Notes under the pieces: model-generated
What the model saw: the letters and a program-made list of their open reading frames with translations, nothing else
What the model was told of the DNA's origin: nothing
The model's database searches: none
Part shown: in pieces, positions 37,719 through 51,010 of the stretch
Layout of the letters: every line of letters starts with the position of its first letter
Position numbering within the stretch: position 1 is the stretch's first letter
Assembly (NCBI GenBank): GCA_051362555.1
Contig: CM120643.1
Coordinates: 18,480,848-18,544,847 of the forward strand
Direction of reading: 5' to 3'
Source: Lingula anatina
Taxonomy: Eukaryota; Animalia; Brachiopoda
Length of the DNA stretch: 64,000 bases
Program-made: the position numbers and the translations under genes

Positions 37719-40027
37719 TGGTTTAAACTAATATATTTTTAATTACATGATATTGATATACAGTACAAGTGGAAAAGACAAATGAAAACTCATCAAGATT
37801 ATGGGAGTTATGGCACGTGTCCTTAAAGAGGTCACCATTTTGTGTAAAGTTAGCGGGTTTCTAAAACTTGGAGTCAAAATGTCCTACAGGTAGGACGGGA
37901 TTACAGTGGTTGCTGTAGATGCCCCCACCCCTTGTTAGGCGTAGATGCTGAGCACCGACGATCAATTCCATCTGGGTTTGAGACTTAAATTCATTTGAGA
38001 AGTTTTTTTAACGCAAATACTTTTCCACAAAGAAAGTTATAGACTGTTTGATTTTTGTCGATGAAATCTGGAAAATCTCGATTGATTTTCGACCAGTGGG
38101 ACTTATGGTTACCTTTTATATCCCCTTATTACAAATGTAAACTTTAATATCGATTCTACAGTAATGTGTGTGTGAGTTGCGGGGTTGCCAAACATATGAT
38201 ATGGGCATTGAGGGCTGTTCCCTAATGGATGGATATACAGATTAACTGGGGAGCAATCGAATGTTTCGATACGCCAAATGACCCGGGCAGAGTCTGTGAC
38301 CTGCCCGTTGATGCTGTGAAGGGGGGAAAAAGACGCCAGACTTTTGACGCTAAAAAGACAAACGTCCCTATTTATATATCTGTAGTGTTGTAAACCAAAG
38401 AATTCATATTTGTTGACACATTCCTTGTCACGTTGACCATTCATCACGGACATCTGGGTCCAGAATCTCAAGAAAATATCCCGAGTCCTCTTATTATTAA
38501 TATTCATTATCTCTGTTTTAGGCTTAAACTGTTAACAATCCACTTCATTCTTTTTATCTCTTTCGATGCCAAAGAAGAGCATAGAATATTTGCTCATTGC
38601 CGAAAACGCTATTTTCAGATATATTCACTACCAGGTATAATCTTGTTCATTTCAGTGATTTTGTATTACTCACGTGAAAGTAGAAATAGTGCCGAAAAAT
38701 TCATATTGTATTAAATATATTTTTGTCATTTCGCCTCTCATTCCCTTGAAATGTTTAATTTTATTTGATTTTTGTCTTGCTTATCATTAAGTTTGCCAAC
38801 CGAATTACCAATTACCAATAATCTGCTTTACAAATTGCACGTATAACTTTTCCTTACAAAAAGAGTAGCAATACGCATTTAATCAACATGTCTTTGTCTA
38901 CCTATTGTGTGATTCAGTGTACAAAGTATGTTCAAACCTTTCTCTTACATTGTATCAGGCATGTATAAACCCATATTGGAGAATCACTTTCCTAAGATAG
39001 AAAAAATAAATCAGATAATTTCGTATTTTATTGACTTCTTTTCTATACCAGTATCCCTTTCAATGGATTTTTATCTGCGGAGCAGCTTAGAAGGTCTATA
39101 GGTCGTAAATTTAATACCGAGGCCTTTCCTTTTCGCAGGTTGTTTAAGAACATGCATTATGTCCGGATCGTAAGCTTGCTGCATAGCTGATAGAAAGTTG
39201 AATGATGAAGGGATATATACATGCGCAAGACTAACATAACACCGTTCTCTTCTTGGCTGGACCGTAAATGAATTTACTAGTACTACTGCCGATATGTATT
39301 TATAGAATCTAAGCAAAACGAATCCCACTGACGTGTAAATGGGTATCGGTAAAGTTCGAAAATTATTTTTGTATTGATTGAGAAATAAAGGCAGTCGATT
39401 AAATTTATGGGCCGAACTCGGTGTGTTGGGTGCATGTCGACTCAGCTAATTAGAAAATTCATTGATATTTTGGTGGTTTTGAATTTGTTTGAAATACTTA
39501 ACTAAACAGAAACATCAGAATTTATAGACAAACTATTGAAATATCATTTTTCACATTGGCGTACATCACTAAAATGTCTAAAAAAGAAATTGTCTCAGAC
39601 TCATTTCAACCACGTCAGCTTATCAGGACCAGTTCGTAAGCCTCAAGGACTGAGAGGAAAATATTTTTTAAAATAAGATGAATTTTAAATAAAAACGTGT
39701 GCTTAATAAAAACGTGTGACTGCTATCGTCACTGGGTAGTGACACATGTAGCGGGGAACAGACCTGGAGCAAATGGGTCGTCTGCTGTTCTTACAACGAA
39801 GAGGCATATATATACTTTCATATATACAATAATATTTATTAAGATCCCATGGGAACTTCAGATATAAGAAAAGTATCAATCTTAAAAGAGAGAGAGAGAG
39901 AGTGAGAGAGAGAGAAAAATAAAAAACAGAATCTCAAAAATGAAGTAAAAAAAAATTCGAAAAAAATTTTCGAATCCAAGTTGCACATGTACCTCTCAAC
40001 ATACAAGGGTGCGTATTATATCAAAAA

Positions 40028-40058
<31 letters not shown>

Positions 40059-40467
40059 AGTTTAGGATGTTTTGACATCCTTCAATCAAACAATCGTTTT
40101 TAAGAATCTTGCACTGTGCAACATAAGCACACGTGCAGTTCGGCATTCTCTTCATATTTACGAGTGACACCACCGCTGTATTGCAACGGTGCAAAGGGTC
40201 TCCTTATAAATGTGAAAGCGTCTTAAGACTTCTTTTCATATCAATCTCTAATTCCTGAATGTCAGAAGGAAATGTCTGTTTGAAAAACCAGAATGCCTTC
40301 GATGTTACATCTTTTTTGTTCATTTTTTAAAAATTAAAATATACACGGTTTCATCCGGGATAGCAGAATCGATTTTAAATCCCAGATAATTCCTTTTCAT
40401 TTCAAGCGCAATCACTGTCACAGTTGTATCACATAAAATCTCTATAACTTATCTGCAATAGAACCTC

Positions 40468-40982
40468 TTATGAAAGCACAAAGAGAGTAAAAGCAGTCAT
40501 AACAACTGTCGAAAACAACGAGACGGCATCAGCCGAGATGGCAGAAGCTCCTGATCGTCTGCCGCCACAACTCCTGCTGTTGCATATGATCCTTATCCTT
40601 CCGTTACTGTCTCTCCCAATAATGCTACTACCACCGGCATCCTTGGGTGGCGCTTCTGTAGTCGTCGTCGTCGTTGTCGTCGTCGTACTGGGCTCTGGGG
40701 CATCCGTACGTGGTGGCTCCGTGTCCCTTGGGGGTTCTTCCCGTGGTGGGGCGACGTACTGAGTTGTTGCCGCAGGGCGCCTGGTGGTGGTTTGTTGGGG
40801 AGCAGGCGGTGGTTGTGCACGTCGTGCTGTTGTTGTGCGTGGTCTGGGGGCCCTGGTGACAGGGGTTTGTGTGGGAGGGGGTGTCGTTGTACGGGGTTTA
40901 CGGGTTGTGGTCCTGGGGCGAACGGCAGAGGGGGTGGTGGGGGGTGGGGTGGTGCGTCTCCACCATGGGACTGCAGTGGTGC
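40468..40982 (-). CDS. Peritrophin/mucin-like chitin-binding protein, last exon (11): Pro/Thr/Arg stalk plus GPI-type tail
   Basis: Acceptor TTTGTAG|; open frame GTTAVPWWRRTTPPP...CNSRSCGGRRSGASAISADAVSLFSTVVMTAFTLFVLS*; TAA at 40468-70. Confidence 0.88.
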
Positions 40983-41255
40983 CTACAAATTAAATAAACA
41001 GATTGGATCTATTAAATGGCCTGTATTCATTTATGAGATTGCACTCAGTTATTGAAAGTATTCAAAGGGATTCCAAATTTAATCTCTTACTGCAATAACA
41101 GAACATTTTTTTGTAAGCGAAAATCATTATTGTTGCACGAAACGCATTTTAACAAGTCTTCAATCTCGGTATCTATTTTGACTTAAAATAGGCGCAAAAC
41201 ACGGCGCAAAACATAAATGCGTGTTATACGTAAGTAATATGCGTGTTGTACGTAC

Positions 41256-41492
41256 CAGCAATACGCAATCCGTCCTTGCAGTCCTTCACATTGGCCGTGA
41301 CGTCACAGGTCAGGATCAGAGGGTTGAAGACCGTGCCACCAGGACAGAGGTTGATACTGCGGAAGCCATTGTTACACGTGTAGTAGACGGTGCAGTTGGT
41401 GTCATGGCGGATCTTCTCTCCGTCTCTTGCACAAGGCCAGCCGCTGGTGGTTGGTCGTGGCGTCGTGGTTGTGGTCGTGGTTGTGGTTGTGG
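41256..41492 (-). CDS. Peritrophin-like protein exon 10 (Thr linker plus ChtBD2 #8)
   Basis: STTTT..WPCARDGEKIRHDTNCTVYYTCNNGFRSINLCPGGTVFNPLILTCDVTANVKDCKDGLRIA; CAG|...|GTACGT; 237 nt. Confidence 0.93.
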
Positions 41493-41525
41493 CTGGGAGA
41501 GAAATCAGGAAGGTATTTAATTTAA

Positions 41526-42004
41526 AACAAGGCAGCAAAGCTGTCAAATGTACAGACAAAAACCAGAAAAAAAAAATGCAGGAAATAGGATACTGTCAAT
41601 TCTGATGAACTAATGTATTATGCTTACTGTAACTGCATAGCCAACATCAAATTCTTATTCTGCATAACATTGGATTAGGATGAAAGTAAAATGTGTATCA
41701 AGCATTAGACTAAGTTCCCATACCTAGATCAATCTAACAGGATCAATCCAACTCCAAGGGGTTTCTCACTAAATTGCTTTCAGTTTGAGAGTCTTAGGAT
41801 TCTTGCATGCCAGTTTCAGTAGGCGTGACAGACAACTAAGCCACTTACATTGATTGCAATTTAGCGAGAATAGATCGATCCACAGTTAGCGTGATAGGGT
41901 CTGGAAATAGTCCCTAAGGTGTCAGGCTGATAAGAGTTTAACTTTGGAAATGCCAGAATGAGGTACAGTGAAAATTACACACAAAAAAAAATTGCTTAAA
42001 CTCA

Positions 42005-42095
<91 letters not shown>

Positions 42096-45000
42096 TTTTT
42101 GGCTGTATGTCAATCCTAAGAATCATTCTTGTAACTTAACAAAATACAGAAAATGTTACAAAGTAAGAGTACAGGGCTCCTGGCAGATGGGAGTGATAAG
42201 TCACAACTTGAAAATGCCAGTATAGCACTCTATAAACCTGCATTGCCCCAAAACAGAAAACAATCACACTGGTTTTCAAACACAAGCTGCGCACTTCTGT
42301 CTTATGAAACTTTTCACTAAGTTTCAGTATCGTAAGTAACATGGTTTTCCCTTAATCGCTATCCTGGCAGCAGTGTCCAAAATAGGGTTTTCTTCAACTT
42401 TCATGCAATAAAACATAATACTTAACAGCATAATGACCATCAAATTTTTTATAAAAAAATAAAAGTATCATGAATATTCAGAAAATGTGATTTGGGAAGG
42501 TCTTCAAGGCCATGGAAGTTCAGAGTCACACTTTCAAAATGCCAAAATGTAATCAAGGGATAACTGTACTGAAATGATTTTCTTTCCATTTTCAACACCT
42601 TTTTTAAAATAAAATGATCAATAAACTGTCATTTTTAAATGTTCAACTAGGAAAATTGTTGACATAGGAAAAATATCAATAGAACAATTTTCAATGTCCA
42701 ATTTGCTCCATTTGCAGATGCTGAACATAGTGAATGATTAAATCTGACAAACTGCAATGATGACTTCCTTTCCATTTATGATACTTTATTACACAATGCA
42801 CAATATTATAACAGGTTTACCGTCATTTTTATATAATCAACAAACAATATTGTTAAGAAGCAGAAAATGTCAAAACAACACTTTTACATATCTTATTAGT
42901 TCCATAATGAGACTGTTAACATGCCTAAGAATTAAATCTGAAGAAATAACAATTATATACAAAAATACAGAAAATGCACAGCGCTTCTGGTGGATGGGAG
43001 TATAAAATCACATCTTGAAGATGCTAGTGTTTGAAAAATAATTTTAAAAAATTTTTTTATAAAACGTAAAAAATTCCAATAAAGCTGCTATTCAAACTTT
43101 TAATCTAGCTGTATTAACTTGATATTAATAACCCCACCAAGTTTGAGAAAAATAAAGCACTGTTATTCATCTATAGCATGTTGGCATAACACATTCTTTT
43201 TGTTGTAAATTATTTGCAATGTTAAACACCATTTATCTGCACAATTATCACCAAATCCTAATTTTGTGACACAGTTAAGAGAGCTAAACCTATGGGACTT
43301 TACAGGGAAATCTCAAGGAGTGTTTTATGTAATCTCATTTAATGGCCAACTGAAAATTAATGAGTAGGCAAGTGACTTTATAGACCTTAATTTAATTAGT
43401 GATCACCCAAGGGACAATTTTAAAGACTGCTATCCATACAGTACCGTCATATAGCACAAAGGTGTTGCATACATGCTGAAAAAAGTGAAAAAACAGCATT
43501 ACTTCCCTAAAAATGACCCGATCATGTTGATTTTCAAACTTGACCTGCATATTATGAATATTCATTAGTTCTGCAAGTTTCAAACCAAAAGGTTCAATGT
43601 TTTTCCACTTATCATGTTATCAGTGTTGCATATATGCTGAAAAAAGTGAAAAACAGCATAACTTCCCTAAAAATGACCCAATCATACTGATTTTCAAACT
43701 TGACCTGGGTATTATGAAGATTCATCAGTTCTGTAAGTTTGAAACCAAAAGGTAAAATGGTTTTCCACTTATCGTGTTATCGGTGCTGCATATATGCTGA
43801 AAAAAGTGAAAAAACAGCATAACTACCCTAAAAATGACCTGATCATGCTGATTTTCGAACTTGACCTGCGTAATATGAATATTCATTAGTTCTGCAAGTT
43901 TCAAGCCAAAAGGTAAAATGATTTTTCACTTATCATGTTATCAGTGTTGCATATATGGTGAAAAAAGTGAAAAACAGCATAACTTCCCTAAAAATGACCC
44001 GATCATGCTGATTTTCGAACTTGACCTGCGTATTATGAATATTCATCAGTTTTGTAAGTTTCAAGGGAAAAGGTAAAATGGTTTTCCACTTATCGTGTTA
44101 TCGGTGCTGCATATATGCTGAAACAAGACAGCACTGTTCTGCAATGGGTTTACTTCCATTTTTAAAACACTTTTTTAACATAAAACAAAATAAACAGTTT
44201 TCTACCATTTGTATATGATCAACTAAGAAAATTGATGAGATGGGAAAAATATCAATAGAACAGTGTTAAATGTCCAATTTCCTCCATTCTGAGATAATGA
44301 ATATAGTAGATGATTGAATCTGACAAACTGCAATGATATTTGTTTATTTCCATTTTTGACACTTTATAACATAATACACAATAACAAGTTTACCATCATT
44401 TTTACATAATCAACTAACAATGTTATTAAGATGCAGGAAATGTCAAACAAACACTTTTACATATCTTATTAGTTCAATAATGAGACTGTTAACATGCCTA
44501 ACAATTAAATCTGAGGAAATAAGAAAAAGCAGCATAACTTCTAAAAGAATGGCCCGATCATGCTGATTTTGGAACTCAACCTGCGTTTTAGTTAGTTTGA
44601 CTACTCCTGTGAGTATAATGACAATTGGCCTGTCTGTTTTTCTTATATTGTGTTATCGGTGTTGCATATATGTTGAAAGAAGTGAAAAAACAGCATAACT
44701 TCCCTAAAAATGGCCTGATCATGCTGATTTTCGAACTTTACCTGCATATTATGATTATTCATCAGTTTTGTTAGTTTCAAGCCAAAAGGTAAAATGGTTT
44801 TCCATTTATGGTGTTATCGGTGCTGCATAAATGCTGAAAAAAGAGAAAAAATAGCCTAAATTCACTAAAAATGACCCAATCACGCTGATTTTCGAACTTG
44901 ACCTGCGTATTATAAATATTCATCAGATCTGTAAGTTTCAAGCCAAAAGGTAAAATGGTTTTCCACTTATCGTGTTATCGGTGCTGCATATATGCTGAAA

Positions 45001-45403
45001 AAAGTGAAAAACAGCATAAATTCCCTATAATTGACCCGATCATGCTGATTTTCGAACTTGACCTGCGTATTATGAATATTCATCAGTTCTGTAAGTTTCA
45101 AGCCAAAAGGTAAAATGGTTTTCCACTTATCGTGTTATCGGTGCTGCATATATGCTGAAAAAAGTGAAAAAACAGCATAAATTCCCTATAAGTGACCCGA
45201 TCATGCTGATTTTCGAACTTGACCTGCGTATTATGAATATTCATCAGTTCTGTAAGTTTCAAGCCAAAAGAAAAAATAGTTTTCCACTTATCGTGTTATC
45301 GGTAAAAGTGCACGGCGACGGCGACGACGGCGACAGCGACGGCGACGGCGACGACAGACGCAGATGATGGCTATATGTACAGACACATCTGTGTCTGTAC
45401 ATA
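41526..45403 (-). mobile_element. Helentron-associated (HINE/DINE-1-like) element copy A, in intron 9 of the peritrophin-like gene
   Basis: Right end: palindrome TATGTACAGACACATCTGTGTCTGTACATA next to a (GAC/GGC)n microsatellite. Interior: two arrays of 160-161-bp tandem repeats (~43460-44120, ~44530-45305). Left end: AACAAGGCAGCAAAGCTGTCAAATGTACAGACA (hairpin plus subTIR). A-rich flanks on + (TT target on -). Confidence 0.85.
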
Positions 45404-45595
45404 AAAAGTGTTCATAGTTGGGCATTATCAACTATATGAGAGAGAGAGAGAGTGAGTGAGAGAGAGAGAGAGACAGAGAGAGATGGAAAGTGATACGTTT
45501 AAAAAGCACTCCCATCAGTCATCATTACTTCAAGTGGCAATATCATTCTTTGAAATAAACGTGTAACTTTTAAAACGCTATCTTTCAATACTTAC

Positions 45596-45844
45596 ACGTC
45601 GGGGTAATGGGTTTCACTCCCTCACAGTAGGGGTTTCCAGAGTTATGCACACACTGTTTCACCTCGGGGTGGAAAGTGTACCCGTCATAAAAACACTCTT
45701 TGATGGTGGCAAACCCGCTGGCGCACTCCCAGAACTTCCTGCAGTCTTCGCCATTTCTAAACAGGCCGTTGGATGGACAGGTGAATTCCCCTGTGCTGTC
45801 AGTGACCAATTGGCCGACGGGTGTTGGTTTGGGTGTGGTAGTTG
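45596..45844 (-). CDS. Peritrophin-like protein exon 9 (ChtBD2 #7)
   Basis: FTCPSNGLFRNGEDCRKFWECASGFATIKECFYDGYTFHPEVKQCVHNSGNPYCEG; TAG|...|GTAAGT; 249 nt. Confidence 0.93.
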
Positions 45845-46227
45845 CTAAAGAATAAAGTACAATTAATATTATGTTCTTCAAGCGATCAGCAGTGATGTGT
45901 TTTAGAAGTATATCCACATTGTGATTGGATCCAGGTTCTCTAGAGCCAAAAAGGAAAAAAAATGTGACCGTTTTCGATGTGCACTCCAATAAAAGCCATT
46001 ACAAAAAATGGCTGATTTTTATACATACAGACATATTCCATCGAGTCTCGTCATGTGCAAACAGAATAAGTGCCTTATGATTAACTGCCTAACAGAACCA
46101 TCACCTTCCTCCCACACTTTTTCAAAATTCTTTCCCACAAGTTGAGAACTAAGGGCCTATGAATGACAAAGTTGAACCCCCCATCTCTTCCCTCAGAAAA
46201 CATCTCAAACAAACTCTAGTATCTTAC

Positions 46228-46770
46228 TTGGAATTGGTGAGGCATATCTATTTCCCTCGGCGTCACAGTCGGTGACCTGGGCCGCCGGTCGACACCCTCC
46301 CTCCGTGGCAAAAGTCTTCGGGGGACATGAGTAAAGCCTCCTTGAAGCCTTCCCCTTTTGACACGAGTACCATCGGGCACACTCAAAGGGGTGAGGCACG
46401 AAGAACTTGTCCGGTTCAGGACAGCCAAGTCTCCTTCTTCCGTCGGGAAAACAGTCGTCAATGACGTTGCCGGGGGAGTCGCAGAATTGCCCCATAGCGT
46501 TGAAGAAGCCCCCGTTGTTACAAATACCAAACGTGTATTTCTTGTTAAGGCACTGGTGGTATACTCTACAGTCCCTGGGATCTTTGTACCATCCGCTCTT
46601 TGCGACGGTGGTGCAGTCGACGGGGGATGGGTATTTGGCAGGGTCAAACTGGGGCCCCGTGGTGGTGGGTGGGGGTGGGCGAGGGGTGGTTGTAGTTGCT
46701 GTTGTGGTGGTGGTTGCCCGCGTGGTTGTGGTTGTCGATGATGTGGTTGTGAGGGGCGTAGTGGTTGGAG
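46228..46770 (-). CDS. Peritrophin-like protein exon 8 (Thr-rich linker plus ChtBD2 #5 and #6)
   Basis: Lies within ORF 46205-46894 and holds two 6-Cys domains; CAG|...|GTAAGA; 543 nt, phase 1-1. Confidence 0.95.
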
Positions 46771-47097
46771 CTGGAAAATGAAAAATAAAATTTTCAATCA
46801 ACGAGTTGAATGAGTTGAGCAAAAACACCGTAAGAAAAATTCGGTCCTCAAAGGTATATTCATATAGCTCTTTCGCATGAGTGCCCCTGAACATCCGGAA
46901 AACGTAATAATAACAAAAAAAATGGATATTTTTACTTTAAAAGTGATACCATAGATATTGCAACCTTATTTTCTGACATGGGCACAATGAGCTTTTTTAA
47001 AAGTGAAAGTATAGGGGAGGTAAAATAGTTATACCAGTAAATAATCAGGCAAAATATAAAATTTAACTTCTTTGTAAAGAAACTAAAGCAGACTCAC

Positions 47098-47209
47098 GTG
47101 GTTTTGTTGCGACTTCGCAGGATGCAGTGTTATTTCTCTCGTCACAATGTCCTCCCCATTCGCCGTCGGGGTTGTACACGAGGTTTCCCATGCAGCGTTT
47201 TTCCAAAAC
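47098..47209 (-). CDS. Peritrophin-like protein exon 7 (second half of ChtBD2 #4)
   Basis: VLEKRCMGNLVYNPDGEWGGHCDERNNTASCEVATKP; TTTCAG|...|GTGAGT; phase 0-1. Confidence 0.9.
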
Positions 47210-47576
47210 CTGAAAGATATTTCGTAAATGCATAACCCGTGTTAACTTTTAATAGCGAATATCTTTCATAATTTTCCGAGTTTTTGTCCTTAAAAATTAG
47301 TCGCGCGATTCTTCTTTAACTCATGCAACATTGTTTGTCAACAATTTCTAGGTAAAAAATCTTAGAAGTTATCAGCCTTTTACTTTTTTCAGGCTTTTTC
47401 CCCTGCACAATACCTGCGCGACAAAATAATAGTTCATTATAACACACTGTTTAAAAATCTCGTGGCATAATGGCAAAAATAACTCTTTGTCCCGTTTGTT
47501 GGAGGATTTTTTTCATTGTATGATATGCAAGTGTATTTGCTTTCATACAGATAACTCCATTTTAATCTTTTTTTAC

Positions 47577-47719
47577 CTGAGATCCGGCGTATATACACTG
47601 GTAGTAGACAGCACTGCAGCCTACTGGGTCTGGGAAAATACCTTCTTGCCCCTTGCAATCATAGACAGGTGGCGTTGTGGGTGCAGGCGTGGTAGTGGTG
47701 GTAGTGGTAGTTGTCTTAG
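47577..47719 (-). CDS. Peritrophin-like protein exon 6 (Thr linker plus first half of ChtBD2 #4)
   Basis: AKTTTTTTTTPAPTTPPVYDCKGQEGIFPDPVGCSAVYYQCIYAGSQ; CAG|...CAG|GTAAAA; phase 1-0. Confidence 0.9.
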
Positions 47720-47997
47720 CTGATGAAAAAATTCAGAAACCTTTTAATTAATGACAAAATTTCACGTAGACAAAATTTCTCAAAATTTCTCAGGCCGGAA
47801 ATGGACTATGTGACATCATAAAATGTGACGTCAGCAAGTCTTTTTTAGTACTCCCTTTTTAAGCAAGCCATTAGAAAAGTGAAGATCGCTTATCGATTAA
47901 AAAATCCACTCCCTCATCACCCTTCAAACAGCCCTTCTGATTAAACCCCGTCCAAAAGATTGAAGAATGACATTTCCATTGAAATGTGCGCTCTCAC

Positions 47998-48149
47998 CTT
48001 CCCAGCGGATTCCCGTCCTGCTGTCACACTCATCTCGCAGGTTGAACTTATTGACACAGGTGCCTCGAACCTTACTGAACCATTGTTGGCTGTCAGGACA
48101 ACTGCGCTCAGTGAATTCCCAGTTGGTACAGATGAAAAAGGAGTCGCAT
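47998..48149 (-). CDS. Peritrophin-like protein exon 5 (ChtBD2 #3)
   Basis: RCDSFFICTNWEFTERSCPDSQQWFSKVRGTCVNKFNLRDECDSRTGIRWE; TTCAG|...|GTGAGA; phase 2-1. Confidence 0.9.
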
Positions 48150-48293
48150 CTGAATGGGAAAATAAGCAAATTCTAACTGTTAATGTAGGTTCGTGTGCGC
48201 ATACTAGTAGTAGTACAAGTAGGAGTAAATGAAGTGATAGTTTTAGTTTAATCTGACGCCCTCGCGCGCGCGCACATACACACACACACACAT

Positions 48294-48345
<52 letters not shown>

Positions 48346-48360
48346 TTTCGATACACCTAC

Positions 48361-48532
48361 CTTATAGGATGATGATGAAATCCAGTCTTGCCGTCTGGAC
48401 AGAGGAAGAGCGGCGTGGTGGTTGTGGTAGTTGGGATTGGAGTGGTTGTGGTTGTGGTGGTCGTAGTGGTCGTAGTTCTGAACACAAATGTGTAAGGTGC
48501 CCTGGTCGTAGTGGTTGTGGTCGTGTAACCGG
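48361..48532 (-). CDS. Peritrophin-like protein exon 4 (Thr-rich linker, start of ChtBD2 #3)
   Basis: PGYTTTTTTRAPYTFVFRTTT..PLFLCPDGKTGFHHHPI; CCCCAG|...AG|GTAGGT; phase 1-2. Confidence 0.88.
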
Positions 48533-48746
48533 CTGGGGATAGATAAACGAAGGGAACTTAAGTGAGAATGAATTACATATATCATTTCAGGTTAATAAAA
48601 CTAATTGCCAAATGCAAATACTATTTGTTATTTTCAAGTGACCATAGAAATGAGCACAAACACATGCGTATTTGTTAAAAAGGAAACCAAAACTGTAGAC
48701 ACAATTTCCTGTCGGAAACAATGTCCTCTCGTGTAAATATACTTAC

Positions 48747-48950
48747 GCCATGTCACTCTCGCTCCCCAAGGCGTGCATTCCTTCGTAGAGTTTCTGTAAG
48801 GTGCACAGCGGAGATCCTTTTCGCTGTAATGGAACCCGCTTGGGCAGACTGTCAGTGAGTATTTCCCACCGAAACAAAGGAACAGACGAGTGCAGTCAGG
48901 GTGAGGGTTGGAACTGAACGCTGCATCCGGGCATTTCCAATCTCTCGGTG
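48747..48950 (-). CDS. Peritrophin-like protein exon 3 (ChtBD2 #2)
   Basis: TPRDWKCPDAAFSSNPHPDCTRLFLCFGGKYSLTVCPSGFHYSEKDLRCAPYRNSTKECTPWGARVTW; TGCAG|...|GTAAGT; 204 nt. Confidence 0.92.
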
Positions 48951-49265
48951 CTGCAAAGTTTGAATTACACGTGATTTAGATGGAAAAATGTTTTTGTAAA
49001 ATGGAAACCACAACAGCATGATCCCGAAAATGAACAAGAAAAAACGCAGAAAAAATACATAATATGTATTGCCTTCTCTTCTCTCTAATCTTATCCAACA
49101 TCATTCATATTTCAAACGTAATCTTCCCATACACTGTCAAATGATCAAAAATGATCATAACTTCATATGCGCTTCCTACATGACCAACCCCTTTTCCTAT
49201 CACCCCATTCTAACCAACCCGCCCCCTTCAACATCCAACCTGACCAGCCACCAAACAATACTCAC

Positions 49266-49508
49266 TCCACGTTATTCTCTTCCCCGAGGATTTGCACTGG
49301 GACGGCACGTTGGCCCAGATTGTGCATCTCTTCCTGAACCGGTCAAAATACGGCGTCAGTTTAGGACAGTGGTATGAACGCACGTGGCGGTCGTCCTGGC
49401 AATGGTGAAATATGCTACAGTTTCTGTTGTCGGCGTAGAGATCTGTGGGCCAGTCATTGCAGTCGTATCTGAACCCGCTGATCGGGAAAGCGGCTGTGTC
49501 CTGGGGAT
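49266..49508 (-). CDS. Peritrophin-like protein exon 2 (ChtBD2 #1)
   Basis: DPQDTAAFPISGFRYDCNDWPTDLYADNRNCSIFHHCQDDRHVRSYHCPKLTPYFDRFRKRCTIWANVPSQCKSSGKRITW; TTCCAG|...|GTGAGT; 243 nt. Confidence 0.92.
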
Positions 49509-50861
49509 CTGGAAAAGTCCAATTAAAATGAGTGGATATTGTTAGTCATCCAGTAGAACAAGAATGATAAATATGAATCACCTCGAGCTCTGATACTGGA
49601 ACATACGTTGGTCAGTTTCTAAATGTAAGTATTAGAGTTATTCATATTTATCAGTCCAATAAAAATGACATTCGAGCAAATGTTTATTGAAATTCGAATC
49701 ATAACGTGCTATGTGATAAATGAAGGAATATTTAACTAATGCGAATGTCTGAATGAATGAATGAATTACATGCAAAGCAAATTTGTAATGCTTGCCAAAT
49801 TCATCGCTTATTTAAAACTTTCCTTTATTCAACTGCAGTTGATATACGTAAATCAGACTCAGTATTTGAATAAAAACTAAAAATGGACAAATGACACAAT
49901 TTTTACCGTGTCATCATGTCACAGGGAAATTGGAATGCAATGCCGCATGAGAGAGCGGGTGTTTAAATTTATTTCAGCTGCGAAAGGTGAATAACCACAT
50001 TCTTGTTCTTGTTGAACATGGCTTTCTCCACTTTCGTTGAGCAAATACGCGTGTAAAACAGCGTTGCCAACTCATTCAATTTCCGTGCCCTACCCCTTTT
50101 GTTTTGTTTTGTTTTTCGTCATCAAGTGTAATAATTTCGCCAATATCATGGTTAATAACAGAATTACACATTAAGTCACCTTAAATAATTTGAAATAATG
50201 TTGTCAAACTGTGGAACTAGTGGTCACTGTGTGGCTTTTATCATAAATACAGAGTTTCCAAACGTGCTGCCCATTGGCCGAGTCATCACTTTTTGCAGGG
50301 GGTGTTTAAGTTGGGCTTAACACTTATATATAGCCATTTCGTGCGAGGAGTAATGTCACCGTAGTTTCAATGAGGTGATTACCGTCTTAAAACAAGGAAC
50401 ATTTATATACACTTTTTCGACTGCTTTGATTGTCATTTAGACTGCCAGTGTTGTCTTTGAAAAGTTTGAGTCATATAGATATATAAATTAGACTTGATGA
50501 CTGAACTGCTGACCATCTGAACTTAAGAGCATTACTGTTTATAAAAAAGGCTGAGTTGTTAATGTTTCACTTTTACCTTAACTTATTCATTTCAAAGCCG
50601 CTTTCAGACAAGAAGATTAACCTGGACCGGTTGAGTGCTAAATTGCGTTATCAACCAACCAAAAGATTTTACCATTTAAATATTAAAATGTTTAAATTTT
50701 AGCAGTAAAAAGAATGCCAATAACCAACTCCGTCGACCGCGTGCAGGGCGCGTGCCTACTGGGCGTAGGCGGCTTAATAACCAATTTGCATGTTTAGCTG
50801 TCCCGTGATGTCATTTAGAACTGAGCCAGTCAGCAAAACTTTTCCTCTATGCAACTCCCCT

Positions 50862-50892
<31 letters not shown>

Positions 50893-51010
50893 GGCACACA
50901 CGTTAATTAAACAAGCAGTACATGGTTCCTGGTTAGAATAATACCATAATTGTGTTCCAACCTTAACAATTAAAATTACTACATAAGAAATGTATATATA
51001 AGCCACTTAC

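Noticed and set aside
40538-41055. Several + strand Val/Gly-rich ORFs (also 41221-41605, 45645-45848, 46358-46781)
   Set aside because: They are antisense shadows of the Thr/Pro-rich minus-strand exons.
43460-45305. Regularly spaced repeats superficially like a CRISPR array
   Set aside because: These are contiguous 160-161-bp tandem units with no unique spacers and no cas genes, in a eukaryotic context.
45152-45367. ORFs in the satellite (also 43392-43583, 55564-55957, 57521-57857)
   Set aside because: Chance frames through satellite monomers and GAC/AAT microsatellites.
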